Shown here: in pieces, positions 18,801 through 26,424 of the stretch
How positions within the stretch are numbered: the first letter of the stretch is position 1
How the letters are laid out: every line of letters starts with the position of its first letter
DNA from: Bugula neritina
Taxonomy: Eukaryota; Animalia; Bryozoa
Assembly (NCBI GenBank): GCA_964035545.1
Contig: OZ037765.1
Coordinates: forward strand, 1,240,001 to 1,304,000
Length of the DNA: 64,000 nucleotides
Direction: 5' to 3'
Notes under the pieces: generated by a model
What the model was told of the DNA's origin: nothing
Databases searched by the model: none
The model's input: only the letters and a program-made list of their open reading frames with translations
Program-made: the position numbers and the translations under genes

Positions 18801-21800
18801 CATGCGTGCCGCTTTTAACGCAGTCACATACGAAGTCTTTCAAGTATGCGGGGGGTTGCCTCGTACGCTGTCCCCTTTCTAGGGGGGGTGACACGCTTGC
18901 CGGTTCGTTAGTAGGGGCCTCTAATGGCGTCTCTACTTCACCGTCCCCGGTCACCTCTTCTTGTTCTCCGGATGGAGCCCCTCCCTCTGTGGGGGTTTGC
19001 ACTTCCGGAACCGGCTCGGTTTCTGGAAGTGATGGAATTAGACTTGGCGGTGGCGGACACGCTTCTGTTGACAAAAGCTGCCGCTCCTCTCTCACCAAGT
19101 TTTCTTCCCGCGGTATGACCACTTCGTATTCAGGTCCATGCCGCCGTCGCCCGCGCGTTGTTGTCTGCCTCCTGGGCTCTAACAATGGGGGGGGCTTCTC
19201 CCACTCCGCCGGGGCTAGCCCAATACGGTTTCAAGCGAGACTCATTCTGGATAGACACCTGTCCTGAGCGCTCAATCTTGTACGTATGATTGGGCATAGC
19301 CTCGACGACCACGTAGGGGCCTACGAACTTAGGCTTCAGCTTATCAGCCTGTCCGCGGCGCCTACGGTAATTGACCATCCACACCTTATCTCCTCTTTGA
19401 TAGAGGGGTGGTTCATCGGAATCTTCGTGCCGCACCTTCCACTGCTGTTGACGCAGTATCTTGTGTGCGGCCTTCATCCGTTCCACTAGTTCACTGGCAT
19501 ACTCGTGGACTGAGTTATCCTGCTCTGGAACGTGATAGGTGAGATGGTCAGGGACACGAGTCTCTCTCCCGAGCATCAAGAGGTTTGGGGTCTCACCAGT
19601 ACTGGTGTGTGGGGTGCTACGGTATGCACGCATGACTTGCGGCAACACCGTATCCCATTCCTCTTGACCTCGTCCAAGGAGGAGACTCCGGAGTGCATCA
19701 CCTAGCATCCGGTTGTTGCGCTCCACCACCCCGTTACCTTGAGGGTGGTAGGGGGTGGTCCTGCTCTGATTTACTCCCCAGAGGTGGCAAAGGTCGCTCA
19801 TCAGTTGAGACTGGAATTGAGCGCCTTGATCAGAGTGTATCTGTTCGGGGAGCCCAAAATAACAGAATACATGTTGGTCTAGTGCCCTGGCCACTGTTGG
19901 GGCTGATGCATCTGGGATAGCCAGAGCATCCGCCCACCTAGTAAAGTGGTCGGTTAGTACTAGGATCCAATTATTGCCTCTGGGGGTCAGGGGCATGGGT
20001 CCGACCAGGTCTACAGCGACTACTTGCCAGGGCCTGCCAGCATATAGCCTCCGCCGTCCTGCTTCACCAGGGGGGCGGCTATGCTTACTGGCCTGGCAGA
20101 TCTCACACTGTTTGACTCTGAGCCGGACGTCACGCTCCATCTGCGGCCAATACCACCGAAGTCGTAATTTGGACATCACTCGCTTGACCCCTGCGTGGGC
20201 CTGCTTGTGAGTATCCCAAATCAACTCACGGCGGATGGCTGTGGGGCAGACTACCCTCTTCCTTTCCGGGTGTCTGCCGCTGGCAGCTAGAGAGATGGTT
20301 AGTAACCCATCCTGCCCGATCCGCAGCGAGTCCCAACGCTGACAGTATAGCCGGAACTCGGCGCATCCCTGTCTTATGCGTTCCTCGCTGGGTCGTCGCC
20401 CTTCCCGTTTGGCCCGGTATATGTCTGCCACGACTCCAGGCAGCTCTTCTTGGAGCTTCTTCAGCTCTCGAACATTACCGGCCAGTACAGGGTTGGCGCG
20501 GAGGTTTTGCACATCCTCCGGGGGCTCGTCAACTCTTTGCCTGAGTTGACCTTGATCCCAGTCAAACGGTGCTCCGTGATGAGCCAGCGTCTCCAACTCG
20601 CATCGTGGGGGACCTCCGTCCCTCCTCTCGATGTTGAGACACTGTTTGCAACCTCCGTCAGGTCGGCGACTCAACCCATCCGCGTTGCTGTGTCTCTTGC
20701 CCGGTTGATGTTCGATCCGGTATGAGAATTCAGCTAGGATTTCGAGCCACCGGGCGACCTGACTAGAGGGCTCTGCTCTCCTGCACAACCAGATCAGCGA
20801 GGCATGATCCGTACGCAGCCGGAACTTCCTGCCATATAGGTATGGTCTGAAGTGCTTCACTGACTTGATTACTGCCAGCAGTTCCTTGCGGGTAGTGCAG
20901 TAATTTCGTTCAGCGGGAGAGAGAGACTTGCTGTAGTAGGCTACTACTACTTCTCGGCCTTCCTGCACTTGTGACAGCACAGCGCCAACATTCTGGTCAC
21001 TGGCGTCCGTGTCTAGGATGTACTCCAGAGTGGGGTCTGGGTAGGCCAAGATGGGCGCCGTTAGGAGGCAGCCCTTGAGGCGGTCGAACGCTTCTTGTTC
21101 GATTGGGGTCCACTGCCACGTCACTCCCTTTGCGGTAAGCCGGTTTAACGGCTGGGCTATGCCCGCAAAGTCTGGTATGTATTGCCTGTAATACCCTACC
21201 AGCCCCAAGAAAGCCCGGAGTCCGGTCAAGTCTTGGGGGGTGACCCAGTCTTCTACTGCCCGTACCTTTTCGGGATCCGTTGCCACGCCGTTTCGACCGA
21301 CAACGTGCCCCAGGTACTTGACCTCCGGCTGCAACAGAGCGCACTTGGAAGGTTTGAGCTTAAGACCGGCACCTCGGAGTCTCTCGAAAACCTCCTGCAG
21401 ACGACTGACATGTGTCTCGAAGTCTGGAGAGATTACGATGACATCATCGAGGTAGACCAGCAGTGTCTTCCAATGGAGTCCGCTAAGGACTTGTTCCATC
21501 AGCCTCTGGAAGGTGGCTGGGGCGGAGGTTAACCCGAAGGGCAGCACCTTCCACTTCCACAAACCGTCCCGTGTGATAAACGCCGCTTTCTCTTGGGCGT
21601 CGGGACTCAGAGGAACCTGCCAATAGCCGCTTAGCAAGTCTAACGTACTGAAGTACTTGCTGCCGGCTAGGGCGTCCAATGACTCGTCAATACGAGGTAG
21701 AGGGTAGGCGTCCTGTATGGTTACGCTATTGAGTTTGCGGTAGTCCACACAGAACCGCCAACTGCCGTCTTTCTTCCGGACCAGTACGACTGGCGAGCTC

Positions 21801-24800
21801 CACGCACTATGGGCGGGCTCTATCAGTCCCCGGTCCAGAAGATCCCGTACTTGTCGGCTAACCTCCTTCTCTTTCTCCGGCCCCAGCCTGCGTGTGGGCT
21901 GCCGGACAGGGACTGTCCCTGCAGTCAGCGGTATTTCGTGTCTGACAATTCCAGTCAGTCCCACGTCATGCTCTCCGCTGCTGAACACATCACCGTAGTC
22001 GCGTAGTAACTTGGCCATAGCCTGGCGCTCTCTGTTACTCGCGCAGCCGTTACTGGCCGTCTCGTATAACTCCCGGAGATGTGTTGGGACTGCCCCTCGT
22101 CCCTGAATAGGGTGTCGAGGGAGTGCCTCTGTCGCATCACCCAGCGACGGGCCTACGTCTCCCTCTTGAACAGAGTGAAAACGGCCCAGCATCGACCCAG
22201 CCGGGAGCTTGATAGGCTCGGTAAAGGGGTTGACGCACTGCACTAAGATCTCCCCTTGCTCAGTCAGCTGATTCAGACTGCTGGCAAGTTGGATCTTTTC
22301 GTGCGCGCCTTCAACCACCCCGAGTCCAGAGATCCGGCTACTATTCACCCTGCAGTGAATGGTAGCCCGGGAGCGGCCTGGTATGGTACGGTTGCGTACC
22401 ACTTGCACACCTCCCACTAAAGGGCAGCCGAACTTGTCGACGCAGGCGAGTTCCCGCCCGGACATCATCATTGCAGATCTGCTAAAATCTATGTGACATC
22501 CGTGCCGTTTAAGGAACGGCATCCCGAGGATAGCATCCTCCTTGAGCTGACTGACGATGAACGTCTCTTGGATCGTTTGATCGCGGACTCGTCCCGTCAG
22601 CTCAATTATACCATAGAAGGGAAGGCACGACCCGTCAGCTAGGGTGCCGTATTCCCCTTCGTATGCTTCCATCTCGCCCCTGACCCTAGCACTGAGGGTG
22701 TCGAAGAGTTGGCGGCTTAAGAGGTTTGTGGTACAGCCCGAATCAATGAGAAAAGTAACAGCTTTGCCTTCCAGTTTACCGGGCAAGAAATAGCTGTTCC
22801 CATGGGGCTGCACCTGAACTCTCCCTTCAGGCCTTACTCTCGCAGGGAGTACCTCCCTCGCTTTGGGTCGCGAAGGAGGTCTTTTGGGGCGGTGATAGGT
22901 AGGCCTCGGGGGTGCCGAGGCTAGATTCTCAGCTACCTTTGTGTGCTCCCATCCAGATTCTTGGACTTGTAGCCCTGTGAATCTGTTGTGAAGGGGCATA
23001 GAAAAGGCAGCCGCGGGGCGAAGCCCCTTGCTGGTCCGTCGTGGCTGTTGCCACTGTTGGTTGCCAGTACGCGGTACCCGTCTGGGTGACCTGCGTTTCT
23101 TCTTCCCTAGAGGTTTCGTCGGCCCGCGGAAGGTGGGAACATCTGCGGGCCGCGGTAGTTTAACCCCTGATTTAGGAAGGGACAATATCGGCGGAAATGT
23201 CCTTGATTTCCGCACTCCCAGCAAAAACTGACTGTTTCTCCCTGTGGCGGCGCCGATGGCCGCATGGGCTCAGGGGCGGTACTCACTGGGTTTTGTGGTG
23301 TCAGTGTTGCTATCAGCTTGGCTAGCATGTCCGTCAGTTGAGTGACTTTTGATGCCGTCGCCAACTGGGACACGGCAGCCGCGGCGGGGGTTTCCTCCCC
23401 TTGTCCCGCGGCCGTGTCTGCGCGGTCTATCTCCACTTGGCGGGAGCTTCCGCGACTTTTATGCATTTGGTTAGCTAGGAGGTAAGCTTCCCCCTCAGTC
23501 AGAGCATCTTCAACGGTGGTGACTCCCCTAGCTAGAAACTGGTGGTGGAGACCCAGATCGTCGACAGATGCTATGAAAGCGTCGAGGGTGTACCTCTCGC
23601 GGTTGACTGGGGGCAAGTCGCTGTACGCGATCTGTGCCAGCTTCATGACCGCGGCGGCATGCTCCCGCAGCGGGGTGCGGGGATCACGCCGCAACCTCTG
23701 TAATCGGGCCCTGGCATCTGTAGCCGAGAGGCCAAAGCGGGCCCGCAGAGAAGCAAAGATATTATCAATGTCTACGCCCAGCCCATAGGGCTTGGCTTTG
23801 TCCATCAATGCCATTCTAAGCTTCAGCAGGGCCACCCTAGGGGGCCACTGAGCGACGTCCATTACGTCGCTAAACTCTTGGATAAATTGTTCCACCTCCT
23901 CTTCACCCGTGAAGGTGGGCGCCTTTAACCTGTAGCGGTCTTCAGCTAGTTCTCGCGGAACCCTTCGCTCTTCTACTACATGGTTAACAGGCATTGTCTC
24001 TATAGCATTGTCTCTACGCTCACCTTCGATTGCCGGTGGTTGAGTTTCAGCATTTTCAGTCTCCATCTTGGATGCACTATCCCACCGCTGCCACCACTGT
24101 TAAGATTTTTAGATTTAGGGTTGATATGCTATCCAGAGAGTCTATTTATCTAGTATAGAACTGCACCAGGCTAAGTCGAGTGAACGAGTATATTTTATAC
24201 ACAACTATACATTATAAAAACACGATACATTATCTCTAACAAGTTACACATCTAATCTATTTCACACTCTAGCTTCGACTGAGTTAGCAGCGGGAAACTA
24301 CAATTGCTGCTAACTATCAACTACGCTAATTGGCTATCCATTGTTCCGGGTCAATTACGCGACCCTACATGTTGTGCTGCTGGTAGTTCCACGAACCACC
24401 ACAGTAGCATTACAACTATGATCGAAAAAACACAAACAGAGCTATTTTTAAAGTAAGTAAATGGAATCGATTGAAATTAGATTGGGATTCTTTTTAAAAA
24501 CATCCACCAATCAGTCTGTAGTTTGTAGTATAATTATTATTGCATATGAATATTAGTATTACTACAACTATTGTTTATTAGTATTACTACTACTAGTTGA
24601 GTACTAGTATTACCAGTAGTAGACATCTATATTGGTCTTACTAATACTATAACTATTAGTATTACCATCAGTAATACTAATTATCATAATCATAACGATT
24701 ATGATAATTATTAGGTATTGCCATTAGTGATTAGTCATTAGCCCTTAGGCTTAGACACCTAGCCACTGCCAGCTCACGGTTAACACGTTGAATTGTCACA

Positions 24801-25066
24801 CATAATGATAATATGACTTAAAAACTGCCTATATTGAATCTAAATAATTAAAAACAATAACAAAATGAACACTACTTGTGCTTGCCTTTACTTTCGTGAT
24901 CATTGGCACCTTGGGCTTGGCTTCTACTTCCTTCGTGCAGTGTAGAAGTTTGGGGCACCAGCAAGGGCTGAAATTGGCCTGGGCTAAAAGAAAGGGCTGA
25001 TGATGTGTTAATGTTAGCCCAAAGAGGACTCCCTTCTCTGCCATTTTTAGCCCGGTTATCAGCCAT
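9801..25066 (-). CDS. SEC23IP: SEC23-interacting protein / DDHD2-type intracellular phospholipase A1 (WWE, lipase, SAM, DDHD domains), multi-exon; intron 1 holds the retrotransposon
   Basis: N-terminus [28 protein letters not shown] resembles SEC23IP; HHWFYCK..W (WWE); [13 protein letters not shown]; lipase motif GHSLG; [20 protein letters not shown]; [46 protein letters not shown]; stop at 9803-9801. Confidence 0.9.
9935..10152 (-). repeat. Coding 33-bp repeat, ~7 copies of SQPP(M/V)(T/A)GASYP, in the last SEC23IP exon
   Basis: Visible in DNA (period 33) and in ORF 9801-10277. Confidence 0.9.
10528..10792. repeat. Intronic compound minisatellite (CAAGTGTGATGTGACT units with AGAATATTCTAGTAAA spacers)
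   Basis: Repeated units visible. Confidence 0.85.
15347..15465 (-). repeat. Three 40-bp copies of a splice acceptor plus exon start (TACAG|GAAGT)
   Basis: CTTCCTGTA recurs on the + strand at 40-bp spacing across the SEC23IP exon boundary. Confidence 0.8.
16908..17213 (-). repeat. 3' LTR (306 bp)
   Basis: Matches 24098-24403 except at 16920/24110 and 17120/24310. Confidence 0.97.
17214..17224 (-). other. Polypurine tract (imperfect, GGTGGGGGCGG)
   Basis: G-rich run immediately upstream of the 3' LTR on the element strand. Confidence 0.7.
17494..18281 (-). CDS. Retrotransposon ORF3: zinc-finger / RS-P-rich / coiled-coil accessory protein; predicted exon 2 of a spliced mRNA (exon 1 = 24066-24024)
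   Basis: C-X2-C-X12-H-X3-H (CQIC..HVNAH), C-X-C-X12-H-X4-[20 protein letters not shown]-terminal heptads; branch point TACTAAC (18307-18301) and TTTTTCAG acceptor ending at 18282. Confidence 0.75.
18595..19185 (-). CDS. Probable C-terminal tail of Pol/integrase, displaced by a 1-nt frameshift in the G8 run at 19187-19194
   Basis: Removing one base gives [11 protein letters not shown]; contains [15 protein letters not shown], the RxRxPPxYLxD motif commonly seen at Gypsy integrase tails. Confidence 0.65.
   Translation of the reverse strand: MLEPRRQTTTRGRRRHGPEYEVVIPREENLVREERQLLSTEACPPPPSLIPSLPETEPVPEVQTPTEGGAPSGEQEEVTGDGEVETPLEAPTNEPASVSPPLERGQRTRQPPAYLKDFVCDCVKSGTHESLGENRTRKESSKCGSCQHHGNINFCIGGNRNKIHPPGAQSLNHAPQPRCSIFSYADAVKSRRVSKQ
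19130..23164 (-). CDS. pol: Pol polyprotein: aspartic protease, reverse transcriptase, RNase H, integrase
   Basis: FLIDSG; [20 protein letters not shown]; LDTDAS..ELLAV; H-X3-H..CEIC zinc finger; VDLVGP..HSDQG..ER (DDE); KFVGPY (GPY/F motif). Confidence 0.97.
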   Translation of the reverse strand, partial: VKLPRPADVPTFRGPTKPLGKKKRRSPRRVPRTGNQQWQQPRRTSKGLRPAAAFSMPLHNRFTGLQVQESGWEHTKVAENLASAPPRPTYHRPKRPPSRPKAREVLPARVRPEGRVQVQPHGNSYFLPGKLEGKAVTFLIDSGCTTNLLSRQLFDTLSARVRGEMEAYEGEYGTLADGSCLPFYGIIELTGRVRDQTIQETFIVSQLKEDAILGMPFLKRHGCHIDFSRSAMMMSGRELACVDKFGCPLVGGVQVVRNRTIPGRSRATIHCRVNSSRISGLGVVEGAHEKIQLASSLNQLTEQGEILVQCVNPFTEPIKLPAGSMLGRFHSVQEGDVGPSLGDATEALPRHPIQGRGAVPTHLRELYETASNGCASNRERQAMAKLLRDYGDVFSSGEHDVGLTGIVRHEIPLTAGTVPVRQPTRRLGPEKEKEVSRQVRDLLDRGLIEPAHSAWSSPVVLVRKKDGSWRFCVDYRKLNSVTIQDAYPLPRIDESLDALAGSKYFSTLDLLSGYWQVPLSPDAQEKAAFITRDGLWKWKVLPFGLTSAPATFQRLMEQVLSGLHWKTLLVYLDDVIVISPDFETHVSRLQEVFERLRGAGLKLKPSKCALLQPEVKYLGHVVGRNGVATDPEKVRAVEDWVTPQDLTGLRAFLGLVGYYRQYIPDFAGIAQPLNRLTAKGVTWQWTPIEQEAFDRLKGCLLTAPILAYPDPTLEYILDTDASDQNVGAVLSQVQEGREVVVAYYSKSLSPAERNYCTTRKELLAVIKSVKHFRPYLYGRKFRLRTDHASLIWLCRRAEPSSQVARWLEILAEFSYRIEHQPGKRHSNADGLSRRPDGGCKQCLNIERRDGGPPRCELETLAHHGAPFDWDQGQLRQRVDEPPEDVQNLRANPVLAGNVRELKKLQEELPGVVADIYRAKREGRRPSEERIRQGCAEFRLYCQRWDSLRIGQDGLLTISLAASGRHPERKRVVCPTAIRRELIWDTHKQAHAGVKRVMSKLRLRWYWPQMERDVRLRVKQCEICQASKHSRPPGEAGRRRLYAGRPWQVVAVDLVGPMPLTPRGNNWILVLTDHFTRWADALAIPDASAPTVARALDQHVFCYFGLPEQIHSDQGAQFQSQLMSDLCHLWGVNQSRTTPYHPQGNGVVERNNRMLGDALRSLLLGRGQEEWDTVLPQVMRAYRSTPHTSTGETPNLLMLGRETRVPDHLTYHVPEQDNSVHEYASELVERMKAAHKILRQQQWKVRHEDSDEPPLYQRGDKVWMVNYRRRRGQADKLKPKFVGPYVVVEAMPNHTYKIERSGQVSIQNESRLKPYWASPGGVGEAPPIVRAQEADNNARATAAWT
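23101..23164 (-). promoter_or_regulatory. Candidate -1 programmed ribosomal frameshift signal (G_UUA_AAC plus stem-loop/pseudoknot)
   Basis: Heptamer at 23164-23158 in the gag frame; -1 slip enters the pol frame (VKLPRPAD); 5-nt spacer; stem CGGCCCGCAGA/TCCGCGGGCCG (23152-23120). Confidence 0.75.
23107..24066 (-). CDS. gag: Gag with CCHC zinc knuckle
   Basis: 319-aa ORF starting just after the PBS; [14 protein letters not shown] knuckle; capsid-like region (PTFTG..QFIQEF..AQW). Confidence 0.93.
   Translation of the reverse strand: METENAETQPPAIEGERRDNAIETMPVNHVVEERRVPRELAEDRYRLKAPTFTGEEEVEQFIQEFSDVMDVAQWPPRVALLKLRMALMDKAKPYGLGVDIDNIFASLRARFGLSATDARARLQRLRRDPRTPLREHAAAVMKLAQIAYSDLPPVNRERYTLDAFIASVDDLGLHHQFLARGVTTVEDALTEGEAYLLANQMHKSRGSSRQVEIDRADTAAGQGEETPAAAAVSQLATASKVTQLTDMLAKLIATLTPQNPVSTAPEPMRPSAPPQGETVSFCWECGNQGHFRRYCPFLNQGLNYRGPQMFPPSAGRRNL
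24079..24096 (-). other. Primer-binding site complementary to the 3' end of tRNA-Leu (AAG/UAG type)
   Basis: TGGTGGCAGCGGTGGGAT, 1 nt after the 5' LTR; the + strand reads ATCCCACCGCTGCCACCA, the 3'-terminal 18 nt (including CCA) of metazoan tRNA-Leu. Confidence 0.9.
24098..24403 (-). repeat. 5' LTR (306 bp)
   Basis: TGTGG...TAACA on the element strand; followed by the PBS. Confidence 0.97.
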
Positions 25067-26424
25067 AACAACTATAAATTAAGATTCTCGCCAAACAAAT
25101 ATCCAGTCTACGTTTGATTTAGTAGTACTAGTAGGCTACTAATCCATTTTGATAACTTTTTACCTTTGCATTACACGTCATGTAGAGTAGAACGATGTAG
25201 GTAACTTTATATAATTTCATGTCACGTTATAATAATCTTCTGCAACCTGTAGGGCTAGTGCTAACGCATAGCACTCACTCATAAGAGTTGTGTTCTCAAG
25301 TAATATCGGCAGATTGGAACATAATCTACCTACGAGATAATCGAAGTCCCGCGTCAAGAGCCTTCCCATGGTAATCCAGTTGAACCTTATAATAATATGG
25401 TAAATTTCTGCATTCATGCTATTATAATATGTTCTGAAAGTGTGACCTGGATTCTAGCCACGATTTGCTAAAATATTCGACCTGAAACTCACAACTGCCC
25501 ACATTGAGGTTTTAGTTGTTATAGCAAGTATTCAGGAAAAATTTGTGAAATTACTTCAACGAACACAAACAACCCATTAGCCTACAGCACGTATCAGCGA
25601 CCCGACAGATTGAATGACTATTGTTTAAATTTGATTGGTATGTTTTTTCACTAAATATGAAATCTTGAGTTTCAAATAGCTAGACCACTACTTTTTCATT
25701 TTATTTACTTACAGGTAAATGCAAATTTCTACGTTAACATATAACAGGATAGAAAAAATTAATTTATATACTTTAACCAACTTGAGTAATTAATAACTTG
25801 GAAGTTTCTTATGAATTTGACCAACTTGGACCTGGCAATATAGCATTAATTATTGCAGCAAGTGCACAATTACAAGTTATGTATGGGTGATAAAGGCAAT
25901 TCATTTATTTATAACAAAATGTTCCAACACAAGTTTTTTATCGAGAAGAAAATTATATTCAAAGCATAAAAGTTTGTAATTTTATAGATAATTTTTATAT
26001 GCTAGATATTTATTATATACAAAGATCTTCATTATTTTGATGGAAAATGTGGCAAATACAGCAAACACATCTGTACAAGCGGAGGCATATGGCAGGAAAG
26101 AGAACAAGTTCAGTAGGTTCACGTTGAGCAAGCAGTGAATGTACTGTTCTGGCGAGGAGACGGTCTCACATAAGAGCGTTCTGTTGTAATATATTCAAGA
26201 TGTTATATTCTACAATAGAATACAAACAGTTGTTCACCTACTGTAACTAAGACTGATAACTTCTGTTCAACACAACATATAGCCCTGCCACAGTAGCATT
26301 TAATAGAGTATAACCAAGAAGTGCTACTGGTTACTCACAACAGCTACACATAGACTGAGAACTAGAGACAGCGTAGCACGAGTTGCAGAACCCCACCCAC
26401 CTTAATATTGGCTGTAAACTGCTC

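Larger units (their letters stand above)
16908..24403 (-). mobile_element. Full-length Ty3/Gypsy LTR retrotransposon (7496 bp) with an extra 3' ORF
   Basis: Two 306-bp TG...CA LTRs; 4-bp TSD GTAG at 16904-16907 and 24404-24407; PBS; PPT; gag; pol order PR-RT-RNaseH-IN. Confidence 0.98.

Noticed and set aside
17522-23788. Plus-strand ORFs antisense to gag, pol and ORF3
   Set aside because: Expected shadows of GC-rich coding sequence; no motifs
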